Origin: an uncultured Actinomycetes bacterium
GTDB taxonomy: Bacteria; Actinomycetota; Thermoleophilia; UBA2241
Length of the DNA: 64,000 nucleotides
Direction: 5' to 3'
Assembly: GCA_963725665.1 (NCBI GenBank)
Contig: CAVRZA010000004.1
Span: 64,001-128,000 of the forward strand
Part shown: positions 15,830 through 26,464 of the stretch, piece by piece
Numbering within the stretch: the first letter of the stretch is position 1
Layout: each line of letters opens with the position of its first letter
Notes under the pieces: model-generated
Database searches by the model: none
Told to the model about the DNA's origin: nothing
Seen by the model: only the letters and a program-made list of their open reading frames with translations
Program-made: the position numbers and the translations under genes

Positions 15830-17317
15830 ATGGCCACATCGACCACTGTGAAGGCGCGCACCATTGGTGCGGCGCGCACGAGAAGCCTCAAGATCCGCCT
15901 CATCGAGCCGGCGCCGCCGAGCATCAACATCCTGTCTTACGGGTTCTATCCGCGCCTCGGTCTGCCGGTCATCGGCGCGGCGCTCAAGGCCGCCGGCCAC
16001 GACGTGCTCATCTACTGTCCGCAGGCGGCCCCCATCGACCGCGACGACCTAGCCTCGGCCGACCTCGTCGGCATCTCGACGACCACCTCGACGGCGCCGG
16101 CTGCATTCGCGCTGGCCGACGAGCTGCGGGCCGCCGGCATGCCCGTGATCATCGGCGGACCGCACCCCACCTTCGGCCCCTGGGACGCCATGCCGCACGC
16201 CGACTTCGTGGCCCGCGGCGAGGGCGGCGATGAGCTCATGCTGGAGCTCATCGAGGCGCTCGCCGGCGAGCGCGAGCTGGAGAGCATCCGCGGGCTCTCG
16301 TTCTGGCGCGACGGGCAGCCGGTGCACAACGAGCTGCGCGACCCCCCGGCTGATCTCGACTCGATGCCCGTACCCGACCTCTCCCTGATCGTGGGCGCGG
16401 AGCGCATCTACGAGACGCCCATCATGACCAGCCTGGGGTGTCCGTTCGACTGCACCTTCTGCACGGTGACGCTCATGTTCGGGCGCAAGTACCGCTGCCG
16501 CAGTCCGGAGCACGTGGTCGCCGAGCTCGAGGCCAAGCGGCCGAAGAAGGTCTTCTTCTACGACGACAACCTCGCCGCCAACAAGAAACGGCTCAAGACC
16601 CTCCTGCGCATGATGATCGAGCGCGGCGTGACGATGCCCTGGCTGGCCCAGGTGCGCGCCGACGTGGCGCGCGACGAGGAGCTTCTGACCCTCATGCGGC
16701 AGTCGGGCTGCCGGCGTCTGGCGCTGGGGTTCGAGTCGGTCGATCAGGCGACGCTCGACAGCTACGACAAGTCACAGACCGTCGAGGACATCGTGCACGC
16801 CATCGACGCGCTGCACCGCCACGGCATCAAGGTCCACGGCATGTTCGTCGTGGGCGCCGACAACGACACCGTGCAGACCGCGCGCGACACGATCACCTTT
16901 GCCGAGAAGCACGGCATCGACACGCTCATGCTCAACGTCCTGACGCCCGGCCTCGGCACCAAGCAGTTCGAGATGATGGACGCCGGCAACCGCATCTTCG
17001 AGACGCGCTGGCAGTTCTACGACGGCCAGCACGTCATCTATGTGCCGCAGCAGATGACGCCGTCCGAGCTGCAGACCGAGGTCGTCGAAGGCTACCGGCA
17101 CTTCTACTCGCTGCGCCGAGGGCTGGGCCTCCTCGCGCGCCTGCGCTTCGCCGACCTGCTGCCGCACCTCTGGGGCTGGCTGTTCACCCGCCGCTGGCAG
17201 AAGGACCCGGCGAACCAGGCGTACGTCAAGGAACTGGCGGACGGGTCGTGGCAAGAGTCACTAGCTGCCCAGACGTTCTACCGGGCGGCTGGGGCTCGCG
17301 CCCCAGCCGCCCGGTAG
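15830..17317 (+). CDS. B12-binding domain radical SAM protein
   Basis: PRLGLP, DLVGIS, GGPHPT, RGEG cobalamin-domain motifs; CPFDCTFC; FFYDDN; GFES. Confidence 0.93.
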   Translation: MATSTTVKARTIGAARTRSLKIRLIEPAPPSINILSYGFYPRLGLPVIGAALKAAGHDVLIYCPQAAPIDRDDLASADLVGISTTTSTAPAAFALADELRAAGMPVIIGGPHPTFGPWDAMPHADFVARGEGGDELMLELIEALAGERELESIRGLSFWRDGQPVHNELRDPPADLDSMPVPDLSLIVGAERIYETPIMTSLGCPFDCTFCTVTLMFGRKYRCRSPEHVVAELEAKRPKKVFFYDDNLAANKKRLKTLLRMMIERGVTMPWLAQVRADVARDEELLTLMRQSGCRRLALGFESVDQATLDSYDKSQTVEDIVHAIDALHRHGIKVHGMFVVGADNDTVQTARDTITFAEKHGIDTLMLNVLTPGLGTKQFEMMDAGNRIFETRWQFYDGQHVIYVPQQMTPSELQTEVVEGYRHFYSLRRGLGLLARLRFADLLPHLWGWLFTRRWQKDPANQAYVKELADGSWQESLAAQTFYRAAGARAPAAR

Positions 17318-17356
17318 GTGTCCCGCATCGGCAGTCCGCGTCCGCTTCGTGGCGCG

Positions 17357-17443
17357 TCACCGACGAACGACGTGCACCGCTATCCAGGCCACGATGACGA
17401 CGATGGCGAGGACCAGCAGTATCCACAGGATGATCGCAAGCAT
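17357..17443 (-). CDS. 28-aa single-pass membrane peptide (absent from the ORF track)
   Basis: MLAIILWILLVLAIVVIVAWIAVHVVRR; AGAGGAA upstream. Confidence 0.6.
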   Translation of the reverse strand: MLAIILWILLVLAIVVIVAWIAVHVVRR

Positions 17444-17462
17444 GGTCGGGACGACGTTCCTC

Positions 17463-17502
17463 TCCGTCTAGCTTCCTTGCAGTCCGTCTAGCTTTCTTGC
17501 AG
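17463..17502. repeat. 20-bp tandem duplication spanning a stop codon
   Basis: TCCGTCTAGCTTCCTTGCAG TCCGTCTAGCTTTCTTGCAG. Confidence 0.8.
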
Positions 17503-17760
17503 CCCGCTGCTCGACAGCACGTCCTGGGCCTTGGCAAGGTCCTCTTCCCACACGCGGACGTGGAAGGGACCATGCGCCTCCGCCGTTCCTCCGCTGGACA
17601 GCTGCTCGTCCGAGAGGACGTCCTCCGGCCAGTACTTGACGAACTCGATACCGGCCTGCTGGAGCGCCGCGCAGATCTCCTGGGCGCGGGCGTGGTCTTT
17701 CACGACGACGAGATCGACTTCTACGCTCACTCTGTTGTCGAAGAAGCTGCCTTCGCTCAC
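17488..17760 (-). CDS. Small DUF2007-like (putative signal-transducing) protein
   Basis: AQEICAALQQAGIE...FHVRVWEEDLAKAQDVL pattern; GGAGG upstream. Confidence 0.7.
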   Translation of the reverse strand: MSEGSFFDNRVSVEVDLVVVKDHARAQEICAALQQAGIEFVKYWPEDVLSDEQLSSGGTAEAHGPFHVRVWEEDLAKAQDVLSSSGLQES

Positions 17761-17856
17761 GGTTCCTCCCGTCCGGTTCCTGGCCCTTCGGTCTTCTGAG
17801 GCACATGGGGAGATCGCCCTCAGATTCTACCCTTGGATCTGCGTGGGCGGCTGCCC

Positions 17857-18210
17857 TCACCCCTCGACCCGCTCGAGGCGCACGACGTGCCCGTCGCGTG
17901 CGGCCTCGAGCACGCTTGGATCACCGTCGAGCGCACCCACCAGGTTCACGGGGCTCACGGGCTGCTGGCCGAAGAACAGGCACACGGCCTTGCCCGGAGG
18001 CCAGTAGCCCACCGCGCCCGAGGTCACAGTGGCCTGCGGGTCTTCCTCGCCGCACTCCACGGGGACTGAGAAGTACACCTCGGCACCCCACGTCTGCGCC
18101 GGGCTCTCGAGCGGCAGCGCGCGCCAGAGCGCAGCCGTCGTCGCCGAGTCGTTGAGCTCGGCCGTCATCTCGACGCCGGCTTCCTCGATCAGGATGCGCA
18201 TGCGGGCCAT
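17857..18210 (-). CDS. Cyclophilin-like fold protein (TM1367/DUF369-like)
   Basis: LWRALPLES..QTWGAEVYFSVPV...YWPPGKAVCLFFG...PVSPVNLVG; AGGAGG RBS. Confidence 0.88.
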   Translation of the reverse strand: MARMRILIEEAGVEMTAELNDSATTAALWRALPLESPAQTWGAEVYFSVPVECGEEDPQATVTSGAVGYWPPGKAVCLFFGQQPVSPVNLVGALDGDPSVLEAARDGHVVRLERVEG

Positions 18211-18252
18211 CTTCGAACCTCCTCGCGCGTGGGGGTGGGTCACACCCGATGG

Positions 18253-19209
18253 TCATGGCTTCGTGGCGGTGAGCAGCCGCTGGGCACGGCCGTAGCAGCC
18301 CTGCGTCGACCGGCTCGTGCACGGCGAAGCCGCGCAGCCCGGCGTCCTCGCACCAGCGGCGGTAGTCCTCCTCTGAGTAGACGTCGCCGCCGCTCGTCGC
18401 CACGAGCATGTTGACGGCGAAGAGCGACGAAGACAGGCCCGTGCCGCGCAGGAAGTCGAAGATGGCCAGGGCGCCGCCGGCGCTAAGAGCGCCGGCGGCG
18501 CCCTCCACGACCGCAGCGCACTCCTCCGGCGACATCGAGTGAAAGAGGTTGCCGCAGAAGACCAGGTCGAAGTCCTGCGCGGGGATGCCCTGCGTCGCGT
18601 CGGCCTTGATGGCGGCGATGCCGGCCCGTTCGAGGTCGCCGGCCATGAGCTCGATCACGTCGGGGAAGTCGAGCACCGTCACCTGCCAGCCGTGGTCCTG
18701 GAAGGCGAGTGCTTGTGTGCCTGGCCCGCCGCCGATGTCGAGCACGGTCTTCGTGTGCGGGAACAGCTCCGCGAGGCGGTCGGCCAGCGGCCCGGCGCGC
18801 TGGCGGGCAACCCCACGCATGGCGCCGATGAAGGCGCCGAGTGACTCCGGCGTGCGCTCGAAGCGCGCCGGGCCGCCGTGACGCAGCACCTCGGGCAGCT
18901 GCACCCAGCGGGCGAGTATGTGGTGGAGGTGCAGCAGGCGGTCACCGACGAAGGCGTCGTCGTGAGGATCGAGCGAGCTCGGACGTCGGGGGCCACCACT
19001 ACGCCATCACCCTGCCGTTCGAGATAGCCGGCATCGACGAGCACGCCGACCACGCGCAGCGTGGCGCGCTCGTCGAGAGCGAGCTCCTGGGCCACCTCCG
19101 CCGGTTGCCGTGGTCGGTCGAGGAGCGCCTCGATCAGGCCGACCTCGAGCGCCGCCATGAGGACGACCTGCGGCTGCCACTGCCCGGGGAAGAGATCAGA
19201 TGCTGCCAC
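18253..19209 (-). CDS. SAM-dependent O-methyltransferase with dimerisation domain; apparent frameshifts near 18975 and 18290
   Basis: VLMAALEVGLIEAL winged-helix N-terminus; VLDIGGGPG motif I; CGNLFH; FAVNMLVATSGG. Confidence 0.85.
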
Positions 19210-19334
19210 CTTGCCTCCTGTCCTACCCGGCTGTGCCTCAGGAGAATCTTGTCGCTCACGTGCACCGTGCGCTGCCGCCTGGCCGGCGCGGCGGGCTCGC
19301 CGCTCGCGCGGCCGTGCGATAGACTGCCGCCGAC

Positions 19335-20418
19335 GTGGCCACGATTGCCCACACCACACGGCGCCCGACGGCGCGCCGCGAGTGGCTTGCCACCAGTCGC
19401 GCTCGCGAGCGGGCACGGGCGGCGAGCGGTGCGCGTCTCTGGCCCCAGGCCGTTGCCCGGGGCGTGGCGCTGTTCTTCGGCCTCTTCTCCCTGTTCAACC
19501 TGATCGCCGAGCTGCGCCGCCCTGGCTTCGATGAGAACGTGTGGTGGCTCGACCTGCGACCGCTGCCGGCGACGGTGACGACCATCATCCTCGCGCTCGC
19601 GGGGCTCCTGCTGGTGTGGTGGGGGCTGAGGCCGGCGAGGGCAGGCTGGCGTCGCGTCGCGACGCCGGCCATTGCCGCCGGCCTCAGCCTGGTCGCACTG
19701 CACAACGGCGTGACGTTCTACCGTGTCTGGGAGGCGGGGCAGATTCGGCCCTGGATGCCGCTGCCGTTGTCGTTCGTGCTGGCGGCTGCGCTCCTCTACA
19801 TCGCCTGGGCCGCGGCGCGGCCCGCGCCGGCGCGCCGCGGGCGCTCGCACGGCGCTGCTGGTCGCGGCGGCGCTGGTCTTGTGCGGCATCCTCTTTCCGC
19901 TGGCGCAGCAGGTCTTCTTCGGCAAGACGACCTACGTGCGGCCGGCGCAGGTGGCAGTTGTTTTCGGCGCCCAGGTGCACAACAACGGGCAGCCTTCCAT
20001 CAGCCTCGTCGACCGCGTGCGCACGGCCGCGCAGCTCTACAAGGCAGGCCTCACCGAGCGTCTACTCATGTCGGGGGCCCAGGGTCCGGGCGAACCGGTC
20101 AACGAGACGGCGATGATGCGCTCACTGGCGATCCGCTACGGGGTCCCGGCGGCTGCGATCGAGCTCGATCCCAATGGGGTGAACACGGACGCCACGGTGC
20201 GCGACACGGTGGCGCTCCTTCGGGCCGCCGGCTACCGTCGGGTCGCGGTGGTGAGCGACTTCTTCCACCTGCCGCGCGTCAAGCTCGCCTACCAGCGGTC
20301 GGGCTACGACGTGATCACCGTGCCCTCGCACGCGCGCCGCATCCCGCAGACGACGCGGCTCGTCCTGCGCGAGATCCCGGCCTTCTGGGTGTACTACCTT
20401 CGGGCCGTCGTTCACTGA
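19335..20418 (+). CDS. YdcF/ElyC/SanA (DUF218) family protein with N-terminal membrane domain; apparent frameshift near 19850
   Basis: VVFGAQV, LVDRV, LLMSGA, NETAMM, DPNGVNT, VSDFFHLPR. Confidence 0.85.
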
Positions 20419-20494
20419 CGAAGGATTGCGCCCAAAGCCTGCGCGCTGAGGTCCAGCTCTGAAGTCTTCTCGACCGGCACCCGCCGGCCTCACG

Positions 20495-22457
20495 ATGCCG
20501 GAGCAAGCGCCTCCGTCGCACGATCGCCGCCGTCAGCTCAGGCTGCTGCTCCTCAGCTTCCTGATGCTCTTCATCGAGCTCATGCTGATCCGCTGGGGCG
20601 CGGCCAACGTCCTCTATCTCGCCTACTTCACCAACTTCGTGCTGCTGGCGAGCTTTCTCGGCATCGGCGTCGGCTTCTTGCGCGCTGAGTCGCGAAGGGA
20701 TCACTTCGGGCAGGCTCCCATCGTCCTCGCGGTCCTCCTGGTCTTCGTCGTCCTCTTCCCCGTGCAGGTGGGTCACGGCGGCCGTGTGGTAGGGCTTTTC
20801 GGGTGGCCCGCCCTGCCGGTGTGGATCAGCCTGCCGGTCATCTTCGTGCTCGTGACGGCAGCCATGGCGCTGGTCGCCGAGGGAGTGGCGCGCACCTTTG
20901 CCACCTTCACGCCCCTCGCCGCCTACCGCCTCGACATCCTGGGGAGTCTGCTGGGGATCGCGGCCTTCTCGGGACTGGCGTTCCTCCATTCGCCGCCGGT
21001 CGTCTGGGGCGCCATCGTCGCGGTGGCCTTCCTCCTCCTGCTTCGCGGGCGCCTTCGGCCCGGGCAGATGGTGGCCTTGCTGGCCATCGTGCTCCTCTTC
21101 GGCGCGGTCTCTCTCACTCCGCGCCAGTACTGGTCGCCCTACTACAAGGTGAGCTTCTCGCACTTGCCTGAAGGGGTGGAGGCGATCAAGGTCAACGGTC
21201 TGCCGCACCAATCGATCTACCCCACGAGCCTGCTGCGTCAGCGCGACGCCTTCTACCTCTATCCTTACCGCCACCTTAAGGGGCGGTCCCTCGGCCGATG
21301 TCTTGATCGTGGGAGCAGGAAACGGCAACGACGTCGCCGTCGCCCTCTCGCAGGGCGCGCGGCACATCGACGCCGTCGAGATCGATCCGGTGATCCAGTC
21401 GATCGGCGCCCGCGACCACCCCGACCGCCCCTACCAGGACCCTCGCGTCAGCGTGCACATCGACGACGGACGAGCCTTTCTCGAGCGCAGCGACCACCGC
21501 TACGACCTCATCGTCTTCGCCCTGCCGGACTCGCTGACGCTCGTCAGCGGCCAGTCCTCGCTGCGCCTGGAGAGCTACTTGTTCACGCTGCAGGCCATCG
21601 AGTCCGTGCGACGCCATCTCCGCGCCGGTGGGGTCTTCACCATGTACAACTACTACCGACCCGACGTGTTCGATCGCTACGCCGAGACGATCACCAGGGC
21701 CTTCGGACATCCTCCCTGGATCGATCTCGGCCCCGACGAGCAGGGACCGCGGCGACAGGCCGTCCTGACCGTGGGACGGGCCGCGGGCGACATCTCCGGT
21801 GCGACGGCGTGGGTCTCCCCGCCGCGCGCTCCCCTGATCGCCACCGATGACTGGCCGTTCCCCTACCTCAAGTCCCGGACTATCCCGCAGTTCTACGTGA
21901 TCACTCTGCTCTTCATCCTCCTGGGATCGGCGGCGCTGACACGGTACTTCGGCGGGCGGTTCGGGGAGATGCGCCCCTACCTCGACCTGTTCTTCATGGG
22001 TGCCGCGTTCTTGCTGCTCGAGACGAAGAACGTGGTGCAGTTCGCCTTGTTGTTCGGGACCACCTGGTTCGTGAATGCGCTGGTGTTCTTCGGCATCCTC
22101 CTGGCCGTCCTGTTGGCCGTCGAGGTCGCCAGGCGCGTGACGCTGCCCCCGGCGAAGCTGCTCTACCTGCTGCTGACGGCGGCCCTCGTGATCGCGTGGC
22201 TGGTGCCCCCGGAGATGCTGCTCGCGATGCCGTTCGTGCCTCGTCTGGCCGCCGCCATCGGCATCGCTTTCGCGCCCGTCTTCCTCGCCAACCTCGTGTT
22301 CGCCCAGCGGTTCCGCGATGTCGGATCCTCAACGGTCGCCTTCGGCGCCAATCTCCTCGGGGCGATGGTGGGAGGACTGCTCGAGTACGCCGCGCTGATC
22401 ACCGGATACCGCGCCCTGTTGGTGGTGGTCTTCGTCCTCTACCTGCTGGCGTCTTGA
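20495..22457 (+). CDS. Membrane-bound spermidine synthase-like methyltransferase; apparent frameshift near 21296
   Basis: Multi-TM N-terminus, WSPYYK, LIVGAGNGND, VEIDP, DDGRAFL, ATDDWPFPYL. Confidence 0.88.
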
Positions 22458-22640
22458 CGGGTCCTGACGAGGCCGGCACTAGCCAAGGCGCTGCCGGGCA
22501 GGGCAGCAGCGGGGAGAGGTGCTTAGCGAGATGCCTCGGCAGCAGTAGGCGCAAGGCTGCGCAGGCTGTCGCCGCTCGCGGGAGTCCGAAACGGACTATC
22601 ATGGTGCGTTCCTGCACCCGGACAGGGAGATGTTGCCCGA

Positions 22641-23111
22641 ATGAAGATCCTCGTCGCCTTGCTTCATCTCGTCTTCGCCACGGCGTGGCTGGGGAGTGCT
22701 TTCTTCTACGTGCTCGTCCTCTCGCCCCGGGTGGCCGTTCTAGATACGGCCGGACAACGCGCCCTCGCCCGCTCGCTGCGCGGCGCGATGAGGCCGCTGC
22801 TCGGAGTGAGCGCCGTTGCGACCATCGTCACGGGGCTGGTGATGATGGTCCAGCTTCACCCGGTGCACCCCGGGCCCTTCGCGGCGAACCGCTGGGGGCT
22901 GTCGCTCATCATCGGCGCGATCGCCTCGGTCGCCGCCGGGGCGATCGCGCTCGGCATCGACATCCTCGTGCGCAGGAGGGGACGAGTCCCCGGCGGAGAA
23001 GGCGCCGTCACACTGGACTGGGTCGACGCGCGTGTGCGGGCGGCGCGCCTGACGGCCGTTCTTCTGCTCCTGGTCGCCCTGGGCACCATGGCGATAGCCC
23101 GCTACAGCTGA
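22641..23111 (+). CDS. Four-TM membrane protein (CopD/DUF2269-like pattern)
   Basis: LHLVFATAWLG and IVTGL motifs; hydrophobic segments. Confidence 0.65.
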   Translation: MKILVALLHLVFATAWLGSAFFYVLVLSPRVAVLDTAGQRALARSLRGAMRPLLGVSAVATIVTGLVMMVQLHPVHPGPFAANRWGLSLIIGAIASVAAGAIALGIDILVRRRGRVPGGEGAVTLDWVDARVRAARLTAVLLLLVALGTMAIARYS

Positions 23112-23308
23112 CGCCCGGAAGGACTGGCTCGCACGCCTGGACGCGGAGGTCAAGCACCACACCAAGCCGCAATCGAGCCGAAAGCGGCGAATGACGCGGG
23201 GTGGCCAGCCTGACCTATGCTGAACGGATTGTCATCTTGCTTGGGATTTCGGGTTGCTTTTACAATGGGGTCTAACGTGGGATACTTGTCTTGCCGAAGG
23301 AGGATCCC

Positions 23309-23698
23309 ATGAGCATGCAGGTGACCGACGTCCAGGCGTGTCACGACAAGGCGTGGCACATGCGTTTTCCCCAGCTTGCCGGAGAGCTGCGTGAGCTCCT
23401 GGGCGCGAAGCTGGTCGCCTATATTGGTTCGGTGAGCGAGACGCGCGCCGTGAGGGAGTGGTCAGAGGGTCGGCGCGCTCCGGGCAGCAGCGAGGTGCAG
23501 CTCAAGCTGCGGCTGACCTACGAGATCGCAGCCTGCATTGCCGACACCGACGGACGCGAGATCGCCCAAGCCTGGTTCCAAGGTCTGAACCCGCTCCTCA
23601 ACGATGTCTCGCCGGCTCGGCTCCTGCGGGACGGTGAGTATGAAGAGGTCGGACCACTCATCCTCGCGGCCGGCCGTCAGTTTCTCGCGCAGGGGTGA
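23309..23698 (+). CDS. Antitoxin of RES system (HTH + MbcA/Xre-like C-terminal domain)
   Basis: LRELLGAKLVAYIGSVSETRAVREW...AQAWFQGLNPLLNDVSPARLLR; AAGGAGG RBS; overlaps the RES gene. Confidence 0.85.
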   Translation: MSMQVTDVQACHDKAWHMRFPQLAGELRELLGAKLVAYIGSVSETRAVREWSEGRRAPGSSEVQLKLRLTYEIAACIADTDGREIAQAWFQGLNPLLNDVSPARLLRDGEYEEVGPLILAAGRQFLAQG

Positions 23699-24384
23699 AG
23701 CCGGCTTTCCATACAGCCGGGGTACCCAGCGAGCTCTTCAGAGTAGGGCGGCGGCCCGACGTTTGGCACTGGACTGAGTGGGGATTCGTCGGCAACAACC
23801 GTTGGGACGATCCTCGGGCAGCATACAGGGTCCTCTACGCGAGCCTCTTGCGACTGGGAGCCTTCCTTGAGGTCCTTGCTCAGCTTCGGCCGGATCCGAC
23901 CCTTCAGGCGGGCCTTCGCGCTATTCGCTCAAACGACCGCAGCGCGCCGAAGACCACTCCTGCAGGAGGTGTCTCGGCTCGGTGGCGGCACGAACGGATC
24001 GCCGGTCGCGGAATCCCCGATGATGTCGAGGGCGCCATGGTCGTCATCGGCGCATCCGGCTCGATCGCTATGCTTCGCAGCAGGATGGGCCGGGTCGCTC
24101 GCCGGTTCGGGCTTACCGATATCGACGCCGCCACGATCCGTCTGACAGCCCCCCGGGGTTTCACCCAGGAGGTGTCGCGTTTCGTGTTCGATCGGGTCGC
24201 AGAGGATGGCGACCGGTACGGTGGGATCCTGTACCTGTCGAAGCACGGCGATGACGTCGTTAACTGCGCCATCTTCGAGCGGCAGGAGGAGTTCCCGGTG
24301 CACTCCCTGGAGCGAAGCAGCATCGAGGGCGACGACGAAGACTTCCTGAGAGCGTGTGAGATGTTGGGGCTGGTTGCGGAGTAG
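23695..24384 (+). CDS. RES domain toxin (putative NAD+ phosphorylase)
   Basis: NRWDDP..YRVLYAS (R), AFLEVL (E), GILYLSKHG (S), CAIFER. Confidence 0.88.
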   Translation: MKPAFHTAGVPSELFRVGRRPDVWHWTEWGFVGNNRWDDPRAAYRVLYASLLRLGAFLEVLAQLRPDPTLQAGLRAIRSNDRSAPKTTPAGGVSARWRHERIAGRGIPDDVEGAMVVIGASGSIAMLRSRMGRVARRFGLTDIDAATIRLTAPRGFTQEVSRFVFDRVAEDGDRYGGILYLSKHGDDVVNCAIFERQEEFPVHSLERSSIEGDDEDFLRACEMLGLVAE

Positions 24385-24421
24385 GAGGCCTTCCTTCCGA
24401 GGACGATCCTTCTGAGGTGGG

Positions 24422-24560
24422 TCACACCACGATCTCGCGACCTACGACCACCTCGCGGTAGCGGTCGCCGAAGGCCTCTCTGAACTGGCCCAGGGTCCAG
24501 TCGCAGCTGTCGTGGGCGGAGATCGCCACAAGCTTGGGGGTCCTTCTCCCTATGAGCGGT
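24422..24560 (-). pseudogene. Orphan C-terminal gene fragment (metallo-hydrolase-like tail)
   Basis: PKLVAISAHDSCDWTLGQFREAFGDRYREVVVGREIVV* with no matching N-terminus. Confidence 0.4.
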
Positions 24561-24669
24561 CTTCCTGCAAAGTCGGGGACACTCTGCAAATGTATCGCCC
24601 ACAATTCTCAGAGTTCACCTCACTTTGAAGACGCCGAGGTGAGGAGGGGACTCGAGGGGCCGAAGACGA

Positions 24670-25077
24670 CTAACGGTGTCGTTTGAGCAGCTCCTTTGCC
24701 TCCGCGAGGCTCAGTCCCTTCAGATCAGTCTGGGCGTAGCCCGCCGCCAGAAGCGCTTGCACGAGGCCCAATGGCAGGAGGTCCCCCTCGGGCCGCGGCG
24801 GCTGGTTGTCGGGGCGTTGTGGCGTCTTGCCCGTACGCAACGCTGACCGGAACTCACGCTCGGTCACGCACAGCTCGTGCTTGAGGATGTGGGCCGCCAT
24901 CTCGGGCGTGTACTCGCCGCGCCCCTTGGAGATGATCACGCGGAGAGTCGTGCCGTCGGGGAGACTCCTCGTCCATACCTCGTGCTTACGGGTCTTGCGC
25001 CCCGGCTTGTCTGAGGTGCGAGCCCAGCCGTCGATGCGACAGAACGCGCGCAGCTCGTCGTAGTCGATCGGCTTCAC
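24670..25077 (-). CDS. HicA-like toxin candidate
   Basis: ELRAFCRIDGW...KHEVWTRSLPDGTTLRVIISKG...HILKHELCVTEREF; overlaps the upstream antitoxin gene. Confidence 0.75.
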   Translation of the reverse strand: MKPIDYDELRAFCRIDGWARTSDKPGRKTRKHEVWTRSLPDGTTLRVIISKGRGEYTPEMAAHILKHELCVTEREFRSALRTGKTPQRPDNQPPRPEGDLLPLGLVQALLAAGYAQTDLKGLSLAEAKELLKRHR

Positions 25078-25520
25078 GCGCTCTCGGTGTCAGCGGACGC
25101 CTCAGTATCGAGGTTAAGCATGGCCACGACCCTCTCCGCGTCGCCCGCCAGCTCGATGCGGCGTACATAGCCGACGTTGCCGCGATGGTTGGGCGTGTGG
25201 CGAAGGCGGTTCTCCCAGTCTTCGGCGTACTCGAGCATCACATCGGCCAGTTCCTGCAGCGCCTCTTCGAGCGTGGCCCCCACGGCGTGGGTGTTGAGCT
25301 CGGGGAGCCATAGACCCACGTCGTTCTCGCCCATCATGACTTGAGGGTGGAAGCGGTAGCCCGCACCGAGCAGCGTGCTGATCTCGTCGGCGTCGGCGAG
25401 AATGACCTCACGCCTGTTGCGCCGGCCGACAAGTTGCCAGTGGCCACGTTGTGCGCTGTCGAGGAGCGATGGGAGCTGTCTGCGGGCTTCGGTCACGGTC
25501 CACGTCTCCACGGAGGTCAC
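25074..25520 (-). CDS. Antitoxin with Phd/YefM-like N-terminus and HicB-like C-terminus
   Basis: WTVTEARRQLPSLLD (Phd-like); GLWLPELNTHAVGATLEEALQELADVMLEYAEDW (HicB-like). Confidence 0.78.
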   Translation of the reverse strand: MTSVETWTVTEARRQLPSLLDSAQRGHWQLVGRRNRREVILADADEISTLLGAGYRFHPQVMMGENDVGLWLPELNTHAVGATLEEALQELADVMLEYAEDWENRLRHTPNHRGNVGYVRRIELAGDAERVVAMLNLDTEASADTESA

Positions 25521-25558
25521 CTCTCGTCCAGATCAGAATAGCGTCTGCAGGGCGTATA

Positions 25559-25582
25559 TGTACATGATGTATCGATTGTACA
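25559..25582. promoter_or_regulatory. TGTACA-N12-TGTACA operator candidate for the TA operon
   Basis: Two TGTACA palindromes about 40-60 bp upstream of the antitoxin start; TGTACA is the core of YefM-type operators. Confidence 0.6.
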
Positions 25583-25639
25583 CCTGTTGACGTTGGTGTT
25601 GCGATCGGGGGCCTGCAGAGCGGAGGTTCATGCGACGAG

Positions 25640-26275
25640 GTGGCCGCCAAGGTCAGCGCCGCAGACCTGCTCGACGTGGGAGCCGACCCGGCCGCGGTCG
25701 ATCGCCTGCAGAAGGCGATCGCCCCCTTTGGAGCCGCCGCGGCGGCCTATGAGGCCGTCAAGGGGTCGATCCCGGTGTGTGGGCAGCCGAGGGCAAACCG
25801 GATCCTGTTGCACATCCAGAAGCTGCTCAACGGCAACTTCACGGCCCTGACCGCCTGGGACACGACGTGCTACCCGCATGAGCAGGTGTTCGCGGACCTG
25901 CAGTATCTCGAAAGCGCCATCAAGGCGCTCGAGGCGGCGACGCCGGGCTCGCCCGTGTCCACGGCGCTCGACGACTTGAGCAACGTCGCCGTGACCTTCA
26001 ACGGCCTGAACTTCAGCTACGACGTCTACACCTTTGACCTGACTCGCCGGCTGCCGTCCTACTACCGCGCCGACTGGGGCGCCCAGGGACAGCCCGTTCA
26101 CTACCTCGACGTGATCCCGCAGTACCGGGCGATCGAGGGCGGCACCTGGGATGAGCAGACGGTGAGCGAGCTGAAGGCGATGCGTGACCTCGACGTCTCT
26201 GAGCTGAACTGCCGGCTGAAGCGGATGTCATGCGCGCTCGAGAAGGCTGCAGCTCTCGCGGGGTGGCTCGATTAG
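25640..26275 (+). pseudogene. C-terminal fragment of a larger (peptidase-like) protein
   Basis: Good high-GC coding pattern but no RBS or catalytic N-terminus; begins at the edge of the TA islet. Confidence 0.5.
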
Positions 26276-26326
26276 GCCGCGAGACTGACTCGGCCGTCTT
26301 CGACGCAACGGGGTTAGGGAGACGGT

Positions 26327-26369
26327 GAGGGGGCGGGGAGCGAGCGTCACGCTCGCTCCCCGCCCCCTC
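26327..26369. terminator. 20-bp perfect GC hairpin
   Basis: GAGGGGGCGGGGAGCGAGCG-TCA-CGCTCGCTCCCCGCCCCCTC. Confidence 0.6.
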
Positions 26370-26464
26370 CATCTGCACGGCGCGAGTCCCCGCGGTGAGA
26401 AGCGAGACGCCGCGTGAGCGCCGCGACGCTATAATCCTCCTGCGCGGTAGCCTCCTAGCGGGAA

